64,000 nucleotides of DNA from Torpedo marmorata (Eukaryota): assembly GCA_977017645.1 (NCBI GenBank), contig OZ360241.1, positions 73,532,001-73,596,000 on the forward strand, given 5' to 3'. Shown here one piece after another: positions 12,110-23,609 of the stretch. The translations under genes were made by a program, and so were the position numbers. The first letter of the stretch is position 1. Every line of letters begins with the position of its first letter. Under the pieces are notes generated by a model. That model was not told the DNA's origin. It worked only from the letters and a program-made list of their open reading frames with translations, and did not search any database.

Positions 12110-13436
12110 CTAAAGACTTCAAAACCATAGCTTTCGGAGAGATGACAAGTCCCATAATAAAAGCCAGCAAAACCACTCAAAAACCCAAGCTAACTTAAGT
12201 CCCCCCTCCCCCACCCAAAGAATTTCTTCTGCTCTCGGCAGCCGCTCATAGTCAAAACAATAAACCCCTGAAAAACTCCCCGCTGGCAGTTATCCCAGAA
12301 TCAAATTTTCAAGGTAAAAAGCTCCCATAAACAAAACTATTATGACTACATAGAAGAAAACAGTTCAGATTCACATGCCAACATTAACTAATTTAGAAAA
12401 AACAAGGATAGTTGCTCCGTACAAAGAAATTGAAAAGAGAAAACATCTCTTTTCAAATAACATATATAAAATTTAAAGGCTAAATATTATATCATAAAGA
12501 GACATATCCTTACGAAGTAGAGAAAGTATAGATTCTATAGAATATCAATTAAAATTTTCTTCACCAAAAGACAACCGGTATTCAAACAATGAGAAAAAAA
12601 AACAACAGAAAAAGAGAAAGGGAAAGATCAGCAAATAAAGTTTCACTAAACAGATGGAACAGTAGGAACTGATGTATTTTCATTCAAGAACTTAGCCACA
12701 GACTCTGGAGAATCAAGCCACTTCTTGGTGTTGTTCGGCAAAGTAATTCTCAGTTTAGCTGGGAAAAGTAGCGATGGTCGAAAGCCGGCACTGTAAAACT
12801 GAGACATGACTTCCCTGTAGGCAGATCGCTCCTTCATGACTTCTGGAGGATAATCGTCCACAATCCTGATGGTCTGGGAATGATACTGCAGGGTCCCTCT
12901 GCGTCGAGATTCTCTTAAAAGTAAGTCCTTAATCTGGAAGCAGTGGAAAGGATAATCGATCGGGACTTCTTGCCGGGAGCAGGTTTGGGAATAACCGATG
13001 TGCTCTGTCAATTTCGGGAAGAGTTGGCAGCATGCCTTTCCCAAAGACCTCACAGAGAAACTCAGCGAAGAATTTGGAGAGTAGTCCCGACTCCGTCCTT
13101 TCATCCAAACCAATAACTCTCAAATTATTCCTTCTGCTCCTTGCTTCTAAGTCTGCGACTTTTTTCGATAACAGTCATTAGATTTCTTCAGTTCGAAATT
13201 GTCCCGTTGAAGATCGTCCAGCACGGACTCATGAACTTCAATGGCTTTTTCCATTACCTGAATTTTGGAGTCGTGCTCCTTGATGAGGGTTTGTAGTTCC
13301 TTCATAGATCCAGCCACTTGAGTAAGAGTAGCTTTCATATCTTTAGCGTCTTTTTTGAAGTCTCTGAAATCCTTACTCAAGTCTTTGATATGTCTCAGCA
13401 AGGTTGAAAAGTCTTCCTCAGAAGAGAAGTAAACAC

Positions 13437-15294
13437 AGATTTTGGCTTTATCTCAAGGGGATTATACTAGATGTAAAGAAGTTACGGACTTTAAATGGAC
13501 TACAGAGAGTATTAAATATTTGGGAGTTAAAGTTGACACAAAATTAGAAAATTTGTATAAATTAAATTATATACCTTTACTTATGAAAATAAAAAAAGAT
13601 TTAGAACTTTGGAAAGATTTACCTATAACTTTGATGGGAAGAGTAAATTGTATCAAAATGAATGTTTTTCCAAGAATTCAATATCTTTTTCAATCGATTC
13701 CTTATGGTATTCCAAATAAATTTTTTAAAGATTTAAAATTTGTTGTTAGGAAATTTTTATGGAAAGGAAAGCTGGCAAGAGTAAGTATAGATAAATTAAC
13801 ATGGAATTATGAGATGGGAGGGTTACAACTTCCCAATTTTCAGTATTATTATAAAGTAGCTCAATTAAAGTTTATTAATGAATTTTTTGATTTAAATAAA
13901 TCTTCTGCTTGGATTAATATAGAATTGAATAATATAGGAGAAATATATAAAGAAGATATTATTTATAAATGGAATTCTAAATTACTATTACTTAAAAAGA
14001 AAAATACACCAATTATTAAACATCTGTTGGAAGTTTGGTCACAAGTAGACAAAGAGATAGGTCAAAAGGGATCAATTTCTTTAAATACACCAATATATCA
14101 AAATCCGCTTTTACCATTTTCTATTGATAATCAGTTACTTAAGTTATGGTTTCTAAAGGGAATTAAGACTTTAAAAGATTGTTTTGAAGCTGGTAGATTT
14201 ATTACTTTTCAGAGGTTAAAAGAAAAATTTAATATATTAGATTATACAATGTTAGTTTATTTTCAAGTTAAAGCTTTTTTGACCGAGAGATTAGGGAATG
14301 AATTAATAGCACCAAGACAAAATGAATTGGAATTGTTAATTACTAAAGTTAATGTTAATAAGTTTATATCACAGATGTATAAATTGTTTCAAAGACAGAT
14401 GTCTAAAGTAGGAGCGCATAAGTCTAGATTAAAATGGGAATTAGATTTAAATGTTAATATAGATGAAAATCATTGGAGAGATTTATGTAAATTAAGTATG
14501 ACTAAAGTTATTAATGTGAGATATAGATTAGTACAATATAATTTTTTTCATCAATTATATTTAACACCTAAAAAACTGAAGAAATTCAATCCAGCGTTAT
14601 CAGATATGTGTTTTAGATGTAAAACTGAAATAGGATCTTTTGTACACTGTACATGGTCATGTCCAAAAATTCAAGATTTTTGGTTGAAAGTTAAGAATTT
14701 TTTAGAAAGAATTTTTAATTTTGAAGTTATAATGGATCCTATGTTATTTTTATTTGGAGATATTAAAAAATTTAGTATCAGAAATAGATTAAATATGTAT
14801 CAAGTAGAATTTTTACGTATAGTATTAGCAGTTTCGAAAAAGTGTATAGCTATTACTTGGAAATCGGATGTTGATTTAAATCTAGAGCGATGGCATGCAG
14901 AGTTACGGTCATGTATACCATTAGAAAAAATTACTTATAATTTACGAAATAAATATCATTCTTTTTTGAAAATTTGGGGCCCATATATGAGGATTATGGG
15001 TTTAACATTGTAAATTCTCTGGATATCAGATCCGCCGGCGAAATAACCTCTAAGGTAAATTAGTTTTTAAGTTTATTGACTCCTCACTCTATTTTTCTAT
15101 CTTTTCTTTTTCTTTTTCTTCTTTTTATTATTTTACTTTAAAATTTAGAATAGGGGGATATAGGGGCTAGGGAGGGGAGGGTGGGAAGGGGGGGAGAAAA
15201 TGTAATCACATGTATTTTTTAAGAATTATATGCAAAATTATTTTATGTAATCTGTGATTTAAAAATTTAAATAAAATATTTAAAAAAAAAAAAA
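13437..15294 (+). mobile_element. Young 5'-truncated L1-clade LINE (AT-rich family)
   Basis: Uninterrupted 523-aa ORF2 C-terminus (KYLGV, CFRC..EIGSFVHCTWSC); G-rich 3' UTR, AATAAA and poly(A); exact TSD gaagagaagtaaacac at 13421-13436 and 15295-15310. Confidence 0.95.
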
Positions 15295-15406
15295 GAAGAG
15301 AAGTAAACACGAAAATCTGTAGACACGGTGGTTGAAGTAAAAAACACAAATGCTGGAGAAACTCAGCAGGTCAAACAGTGTCTTTTATATAGCAAAGGTA
15401 GAAATA

Positions 15407-15447
15407 CATAACCGACGTTTCGGGCTTGAGCCCTTCATCAAAGTATG
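15407..15447 (-). ncRNA. Minimal hammerhead-ribozyme-like motif (gene-sense copy)
   Basis: Same sequence as the 1428-1468 motif: TTGATGA-A-GGGCtcaaGCCC-GAAACGTC. Confidence 0.65.
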
Positions 15448-15957
15448 AGAAAATGCCGGCAGGCGTCCGAACAAAGGAGTGAGGGGGGAAGGGGGATGGC
15501 AAAGGCAGGAGATGATAGGTGGAGAAAGGAGGGAGGGGACAGCAGCAAAGAGGGGGAGGAGGGATGGCTGGGTGGGTGGAAAAAAAACAGGAAGGACAGG
15601 TGAGGGGGGAGGGGAAGGGAACATCAAGCAGGTTTAGTGGAAAGCAGAAAAGTCAATGTTAATGCCATCTGGCTGGAGAGTGCCGAGACGGAATATGAGA
15701 TGTTGTTCCTCCAATTTGCGGGTAGTCTGGGTGGGATAGTACATGAGGCCATGGACAGACATGTGAGTGTGGGAGAGTGACCCAGAATTGAAATGGTTGG
15801 CTACTGGGAGGTCGCTGTTGTTGCGGACGGAGAGGAGGTGCTCAGCAAAGCGGTCTCCCAATCTACGACCGGTCTCTCCAAAGTATAGAAAGCCACAAAG
15901 GGAGCACCGGATGCAGTAAATAAGTCCTCTGGATGGCGGACGCCTGCCGGCATTTTC

Positions 15958-15999
15958 TCATACTTTGATGAAGGGCTCAAGCCCGAAACGTCAGTTATG
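15958..15999 (+). ncRNA. Minimal hammerhead-ribozyme-like motif in the inverted pseudo-LTR
   Basis: TTGATGA at 15965-15971, stem II GGGC/GCCC, GAAACGTC at 15985-15992. Confidence 0.65.
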
Positions 16000-17555
16000 T
16001 ATTTCTACCTTTGCTACATAAAAGACACTGTTTGACCTGCTGAGTTTCTCCAGCATTTGTGTTTTTTACTTTAGTAAACCGTGTTACTCCATCCACTACC
16101 ACCAGGGCTCTCGTGCCATCGTCTTTAACCACTGCAGTCTTCAGGACAAGGCGTTCCCACAAAGCTGCAGGGTGGGGAGGTCAAAGATTTCACATCTTGC
16201 AATGATGAAGAAGCCACAACTATTTCCCAGTCAGGTTGGTGTATCATTTAAAGGGCAACCTTCAGGTTGTGCTGTTCTTGTGGGCTCGCTGCCCTTGTCC
16301 TACTTGGTAGAAGAGTTTGCAGGTTTGGGAGATGTTGTTGGAGTGGTCCAGCCAAGGAACTGCAAGACCAAAAGACGTAGGAGCAGAATCAGGCCATTTG
16401 GCCCATCGAGTCTGCTCCACCATTCGAATCACGGCTGAAGTACTTTCTCATTAACCCCATTCTCCTGTCTTCTCCCCATAACCTATGACTCCCTGTGGTA
16501 CATTATGTAGATGGTGCACACTGCTGCCATGTTGCATCAGTGGTGGACCCAATGAAATTTCAGGATGAATGAGATGTCAATCAAGCAGGTTGTTGTGTCC
16601 TGCGTGCTGTCACGGTTCCTCAGTGTTGTTGAAACTGCACTCATCGAGGCAAGCTGAGAATATCCCATTGGTCTCCTGGACCTGTGCCTTGTAATCAGTG
16701 GATATGGAGTGTCACCAGGTGAGTCATTCACTGCAGTGGCCTGCTAACGGGGAGAAGGCAGGACAATGGGGTTGATAGAAAAAGTACATCAGCCATGATT
16801 CGAATGGTGGAGCAGACTTGATGGGCTGAATGGCCTAATTCTGCTCCTATGTCTCATTGTCTAATGCTTCTGCGCCTTCAGTATTTAATGTGAGCTGTTG
16901 AGTTACTGGTCATTACTAATTCAATAAGGGTAACAGTGGGTGACCTGGTGATGGTAATATTAGGTGGTTAGATTCTCCATGGTCGTTGCTTGGCACCTGT
17001 GTGGCTTCAACGTTACTTGTGACTACTCAGTCCATGTCCGGATGTTCAGGTCTTTCTGTGTCTGGGCATAGTCACCCCATTTTTGATGAGGAGTTGTGAA
17101 TGGAATTCAACATTGTGCGACCATCAGTGAACATCCTCACTATTGACTATTACGATGGTTATTAATGAAGCAGAAGAAGATGGTCGGGTCTTAGACACTG
17201 CCCTTGGAATTCCTGCAGCTCTGCTGATTGGGGTCCAATAAGCCCAACTACCTTCCTCTTCACGATACAAATACAACCATTGGAATGTTTTCCCCTTGAT
17301 ACGCATTGACTTGTGTCTTACCAGGGCAGTTGAAGATGCTGTCTTGCTGCCTGGGGCAGTCACTCTCACCTCACCTCTGGAATTCTGCAACTTGGTCCAT
17401 TTTTGGAGGTCTGGAGCTTGGAGTGGTCTTACCGTAACCCATACTATGCGTTAATGAGTAGGTTATCAGTGAGCAAGTATCTTCGCTAATAACCTCTGTC
17501 AATTTGCTGATTATTGAGAGTGGACAGTTCGGGCAGTAATTAACTGGATGGGATT

Positions 17556-17815
17556 TTAAATTTAGACATACAGACATACAGCACGGTAACAGTCCATTTT
17601 GGCCCACAAGTCCGTGCCGCCCAATTTACATCCAATTAACCTACACCACCGGTACGTTTCGAACGGTGGGAGGAAACCGGAGCCCCCGGGGAAAACCCAC
17701 GCAGACACGGGGAGAACATACAAACTCCTTACAGAGAGCGCGGGATTTGAATCCCGGTCCCGATCGCTAGCACTGTAAAGGCTTTGCGCTAACCGCTACG
17801 CCAAACGTGCCGCCC
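17556..17815 (-). mobile_element. tRNA-derived V-SINE (HE1-like), full length
   Basis: A box TGGCGTAGCGG, B-box-like GGATTCAAATCC, V domain GGAGTTTGTATGTTCTCCCCGTGTCTGCGTGGGTTTT, CR1-like tail. Confidence 0.9.
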
Positions 17816-19501
17816 TGCTGCTTGTGGACACCAGCTTGCTGCCCATGACAACAGTGACTGCACTTTGAAAGTAGTTCAATGATTGTGAAACTCTTTGAGG
17901 TTGTGAAACACCCGGAGGATCTGAAAGATTCCTATTTAGTTATGGTCAACTCGACATCTGGGAGAAGATGAGAACTAACCTCAACACTTGCATTAAAATT
18001 TACACACTTCTTTTAATACAAGAAAATGGAAGGCTGATGTGATCTAATGGAAAGATTCACGCATGTGTACCGAGGTATGCAACCATCAGAACTTGCATTA
18101 GAATCATGCCACTATTAGAATTTGCACATTTTTATGGCCTTATTGAATGACAGAGTAAGAGCTGTATTATGTGACACAACCTTAGCTGCTGAGCATGATT
18201 AACATTAAACAAAGACAGATTTGTACTTCTATTACCTCTATTCATATATCTCTCAAATCACTTAACATGCAATCACATTGACATTTCATGCCTATTGATT
18301 TGCAGTTCTACAGTAACCATTTTGTACAAAGGATGATCCCACCAACATTCATAAAATGTAGCACCAGCTTATCTACTTATTGATTCCACTTGAGGGAAGA
18401 CTCATTTGGGACACAAGGAGAACTTCCTGCTTATCAGCAGGTGTTATGGGAACTCTTATATGCACTGGAACAGATGTCAAAGGGCAATGCCCAAATTATA
18501 ACCTCACCTTTCACCCTGCACCTTCATCGTGTGACTTCCTGAATCACAGTCAATGGAGCACATAAGGAACAAGGCATGCTCCTTACTTTCTCAAAGCCAG
18601 AACGTTCTGCTTCATTGCCCAGGTCTTTTCAGTTTGTCCATTTTTTGAGTCCTTGGTGATGGAGAGTCAACATAAGCATTCGGCATCAGGCGGAATTGAC
18701 TGGGCTTGGCAACTTCACTCTATCTTGATGGATACCGTTAATGTGATCTAGACCTTGACATTAGGTTATTCGTTTGGATGGGCCACCTACCCTGGAAAGT
18801 GGTGTATTCTGACCAGGTAACAAGTCTTAGCTTTGCCTGATCCCACCAATTACTAATCTATGCATCTTGCAATTCCGTAAGCACAAAGTCACCTCACTAT
18901 TAAAACACAGAGATGCAAGGAGACAGAATGCTCACCACACAGATGCTGGCTCTTTGAAAGAGCCGCCAATTACTCCCACTGCCCTATTATGTTCTCTTAC
19001 ATCCTGTAAATATGTCTTTTGTATGTACATCCAATTCTAAAATGTGACATTGCATATATATCCATTGCCTTTTCAAACAGTTGCTGGCTCAATTTCGATA
19101 TTTAAGAAAAATTTGGATAGGTACATGCATGGGGAATGGGGGTCTGTGGTCTGGATGCAGGTAAATGGGATCAGACAGAATAATACTTTGGCACAGACTA
19201 GATGGGCTGAAGGGCCCGTTTCTGTGTTGTAGTGTTCTGAGATTCTACCATGCATGGGAGACCATAACAACTTAGTAATCAGAATTCTCCCCACCCTTCC
19301 CTAGCTTTATAGCTGCAAATGCTTAGTTCTAATTCAGGCAGACTAAATACCAGTTTTAACCAAATGCAGGGGACTATCTGCCCCAGTTCTTTCTGTATTA
19401 TACATGGTTACTTAATAAATCATGTGTGACTCCCTACTACCTTATAACCATTTCTGCAATGGTAGTACTGACCACCACCACTCTTCAGATTGCTTCCTAA
19501 C

Positions 19502-19695
19502 CTGTGCATCAGCCAGCATGATGTCCTTTATCAGCGGCCGTCCTCTGGCCTCTCCATCCTCCACTTCCACGTAGTGCACCTGGTAGCCACGGATCTGGCC
19601 GTGTTGTCTGTTCGGGACGGGTGATCGCCACATTACCTTCAAGGCAGTGGAATTTAATGCTGCAACCTCCACCTTGCGAGGTGGAGCACTGGGCA
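19502..19695 (-). CDS. PTPRS: PTPRS exon, first half of FN-III domain 5 (194 nt, [11 protein letters not shown]...[10 protein letters not shown])
   Basis: ORF 19442-19696; acceptor cctgcag|TG, donor CAG|gttagg; phase 1 in, phase 0 out. Confidence 0.95.
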
Positions 19696-19989
19696 CTGCA
19701 GGAATAACGCGTAGGTCATCAGAAAGGAAAAAAAAAAAATCACACCTCTATTTCAATAAAATGACTGTAAACTATTTTGAAATCAAAAGGCCAAATGTTA
19801 ATTCAATGTATATCAGGAATAGTAGTTAACCCAGAGAAAGATCTATGAGCCCATACATGTTTTGAAAAATCAAAAAACCTGCAGATGATGGGTGTTTCTT
19901 CATCTTTATATACTTTCTCTGCCATAATAAATTAACAATCCAATTCCAATTAAGCACAAGAATTAGGAGGGGGATTTAGTAAACTTAAG

Positions 19990-21290
19990 CTCACTGTTTA
20001 AGAAAGAGGTGAAAACAGGGAACTACAAGGTGCTACTCTTACATCAATCACAGGGAAAATGCTGGACTTTACATTGATGGCTGTAATAACGATATACCTT
20101 GAAAAGAATAATAGGATTGGTTAGAGTCAGCATGCATTTATGATAGGAAAATCATGCTAGACTAATCTTCTGGAATTCTTTGAGGATGTGACATGAGAGG
20201 TAGACAAGGGCGAACAAGTAGAGGTGGTTTATTTGGAATTTCAGAAGATCTTTGCTAAGGTCCCATAAAAGCGGTTGGTCAACAAGTTGAGCGCAGACAT
20301 GAATAGAGAATTGGTTATTGGTCAGAACGCAAAGAGTGGGGATAAATGGGTCTTTTGCAGGACTTATCGGAGGGATCAATGCTTGAGCCAAACTATTCAT
20401 GATCTACATCAATGATATGTCTGAGAGGTTCAAATTTGTTGATGATACAAAGGTATATGGGGTTGTGAGTAGGGAAGTGATGTAAAGAAGCATCGAGGTA
20501 ATATGGATGAGTGAGTGGGCAATAACCTGGAAAATAATATGGAAAAGTATGAAGTTATCCACTATGTTGCTCAGTGCAGAAAGCAGAGCATTTTTCATAT
20601 GGTGAGAGACTGAGTAATAATGATTTTCAAAGGGATCCAGGCTTTTTTGTACACGTCCTGAACAAGCAATTAGGACAAATTGTACGTAAGCCTTTATTAC
20701 CAGAAGATTTGGAATTGGAATGAAGAAATCTTACTGCAATTTTACAGGGTCTTGGTAAGGATGTATTTGGAGTATTATGTACAGTTTTGATCTTTTTACC
20801 TAAATAAAGGACATACTTGTCATAGAGAGAGTGCAGTGAAGATTCACTGGACTGGTCTCTACGATGGCAGTTTTGTTGTATAAGGAAAGATTGTGTGGAC
20901 TCGCATATGTTCTGGAGTTTGGTAGATGAGAGGAGATTTCAACGAAAGAGAAAATTCTGGGAGGGCTCAACAGTCTAGATTCAGGGAGGATGGTTCCATT
21001 GGATGAGGTGACAAGAACAAAGGTCCACTATCTCATAATACGAAGTTGGCCATTTAGGACTGAGAGGAGGAGAAATTTCATCAATCAACAGGTGGTGAAT
21101 TTTTGGAATTGTCTATCTTGGATGGCTGTGGAGATTTAGATATCGAGTCCACTCACAACAGAGAATGACGGATTGCCGAATACTAAGGGAATCATGGTCG
21201 ATGGGGATACTAGGAAAATGGGATTAAGGTACGATTTTGATTGGTGGCAAAAGAGACTTGAAGGGCTGGAGATGGATCTTAACGTTCTTA
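19990..21290 (+). mobile_element. Degraded CR1-type LINE (RT to 3' end)
   Basis: Remnants of QHxFxxGKSCxTNLLEFFEDVT, VYLxFQKxFxKVP and LVRxxLEYxVQF; CR1-like 3' region. Confidence 0.75.
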
Positions 21291-22419
21291 AAAAGAAGTG
21301 AAGGTGTTTTAGCAAAGAGTTCTAATGTGACGGCAAAAGTGTGGCAGTTTAAAGCACAGTTATCAGTGACAACAAATTGAAATTTGTTGCACATAAAGCT
21401 AAGTGCCAAAAGAACGTGGCATACAAATGGAAAAAGGGAATATTGAGAGAAATAAGTTAGTGAGAAAGGATGACCAATGTTAAATTTAACAAAACAAATG
21501 ATCTAGCAACATGTTTACAATGTTTTTATCTCAAATGACAAGATTCATAACTCAAGATCAGATCTAATCAATACCACTCCTGCTCCTATTAATAATGTTC
21601 ACAGAAGAAAACTATAAAACACCAAATGCTAATTATGTTTCATAGCTTTCTGTTCGGTCTTGATTTCTGTTAAACAAATTACCACTTTGGATTATGCTGG
21701 GAATAATTACCGTAGGTGTACTTGTTAGCAAACAATTTTGATGGACCCTCAACTGATACTGCTTCTTGACAGAGTAAGACACTGTTTCTTTTATTTTCTT
21801 TCAAAATTCTTTGTTCTTTCCTGCCTAGTCTTCTTGGCCTCTATTGTGTATTGGTTCTGATGTTAGGCCAGGGATAACATGTCATGTTCCACCTGTGAAC
21901 AATGGGAGGTAAACTGAGTGCATGAGGTTCTTGAAATCTGAGCCCTCATCTCCCCAACTGAGATTCATACACGGTAGCAATCAGGAAGGAGGTTTCAGCT
22001 GAGCTTCCCTCCTCTCCTGATCTCATACCCATTGAGAATGGTCTCCAATTAAGCCTGGTATTTTGCTGAAATTGACTACTTTCACACAGGTAGCTCATTC
22101 AACAACTCAAGAGGCCACTTGGCCCTTTGGGTCCATGCTGGCTCCTAAGGTAACAATCCCATCAGTCCCACTCCTCCTCCCCTTACTTCCCTGCACCCTT
22201 GCAACTTATTCCCCTTCAGGCATGCCCACCAACTCCCTTTTTGATTCATTTTTCTGCTGCCTTAGTTCCTGTAAGTTCTATTTTACAATTTGCATTGCAA
22301 TGTATTATCTATCTGCCATTTTATCCTCAAGTTCAGTAAAGGAAGTCAAAGAGTTATACAGATATAGCAAGGGAAATTGGTCCTTCAGCTCATTGAATAT
22401 ACACCAAAATTGTACTAGA

Positions 22420-22690
22420 GAGGCTTCTTCTGCCTCAAGAAGGCAGCAGCATCATAAATAATCCCCATCATCCTGGTTGCAATCTCTCTCACTGCTACCT
22501 TCAGGCAGAATGTACAGAACCCTGAAGTCCAGCACCTCTACGTTCAAGAACAGTTTTTTTTAATCCCCAACAGCTATCAGGATCTTGAACCTCCCCTTAC
22601 TACCTGAACTCTAACCATAAACTATTCCGAGATCACCAAAAGATCTGTCAGCACTACTGCAACATCTTTTTTTTCCTTGCACAAATTGCA
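22420..22690 (+). mobile_element. Degraded Rex1/Babar LINE 3' fragment
   Basis: Similar to the KAASILKDPHHPGH...LLPSG..YRSL region of the copies at 31501 and 46097. Confidence 0.55.
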
Positions 22691-23468
22691 ACCATGAGAG
22701 TGAGTGAGAGAGGGATACTTTAAAACAGAGAGTGCTGAGCTTGTTTCTTTTCTTGTGACAGGTGTGGCTGCGAGAGAGGGACACTTTAAAAAATGGCAGT
22801 AAAAGGTGACTATAATTAACTAGCCAATAAAAGGAAAGGACGCTTCAGTGGAGCATCCATTATGGAGCTGCAAGTATAACAGTGGGACTTGGGCTTGAGA
22901 GGTTTCACAGGGAACCACAAAAGACCCTTAAACCCTTCTCTTTAAACCACTCAAACACACTAAATGTCTGTTGCCAGAGGGTAGTAACTCTGTTGTAGAG
23001 GCCAGGTCATTGAGTGTATTTAAGACAGAGATTGATAGCATTCTTGATTAGCCAGGGCATCAAAGTTTATGGGGAGAAGGCCGGGCAGTGGGGCTGAGAG
23101 GGAAAATGGATCAGCTCATGATTGAATGGCGGGGCAGAGTTGATGGGCTTAATGGCCTATTTCTGCTCCTATGTCTTGTAGTCTTATAATGGGCTGGTAC
23201 TTGAAACTAAACAAGGTATTGGCAACACAGCATTAAAATAAGACACCAAATTACAACTAATGAAATAAAGTAGGAATGCAGGGTCAGGTGATGTGCTGTT
23301 GCTTCATGAAGTGGGAGCTACTGGGGTTCCAGGTGACCACATCTGCGTTGTGTGTTGGTTGCTTGAGAAACTTGGGCTGAAAGTTGATGAGCTGGAAACT
23401 AAGCTTCAAACACTGTGGCACATCAGGGGAGAGTTACCTAGGCACTGTGTTTCAGGAGGAAGTCACAC

Positions 23469-23609
23469 CTTTTGCTTTTCTGTCTCTGACTGTAAGGGGC
23501 GCCAGGCAATTTCTGCTGATGGTGAATCTTTGACTGCCTTTTGCAGACTAAATGCAATTTTGTCTAATATTACATCGGTTTTATTATATGACAATAAAAG
23601 AATCTTGAA
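23469..23609 (+). mobile_element. 5'-truncated copy of the non-coding retroposon seen at 31040-32343
   Basis: Matches 32207-32343 (ctctgactgtaa.gggcgccaggcaatttctgctgatggtgaatctttg...gacaataaaa..atcttgaa). Confidence 0.8.

Larger units (their letters stand above)
15303..16072 (-). mobile_element. Penelope-like element: GIY-YIG fragment plus pseudo-LTR on minus, with an inverted pseudo-LTR at about 15939-16072
   Basis: ORF 15634-15861 (GDRFAEHL...EEQHLIFRLGTLQPDG); about 130-bp inverted arms; agtaaac at both junctions (15302-15308 and 16073-16079). Confidence 0.88.
8060..16115 (-). mobile_element. L1-clade LINE, nearly full coding length, 5'-truncated in ORF1 and interrupted by two nested insertions
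   Basis: Coiled-coil ORF1 remnants (12646-13401); ORF2 with APE, RT (GTRQGCPLSP, LYADD) and a CCHC finger; poly(A) at about 8061-8068; TSD ccatcgt[a/c]ttt at 8053-8063 and 16116-16126. Confidence 0.9.
7960..17550 (-). mobile_element. Ancient CR1/L2-group LINE split by the nested insertion stack (pieces about 7960-8059 and 16116-17550)
   Basis: Decayed RT remnants (NYCPNCPLSIISKL, NSRGEVRVTA, SMRIKGKTFQWL) in ORFs 17371-17607 and 17124-17390; sequence is continuous across the L1 TSD; related 3' ends at about 43730 and 55965. Confidence 0.65.

Noticed and set aside
17740-17815. tRNA gene (also near 26090-26168 and 29972-30030)
   Set aside because: A and B boxes run directly into a V domain and a LINE-like tail, so these are SINE heads
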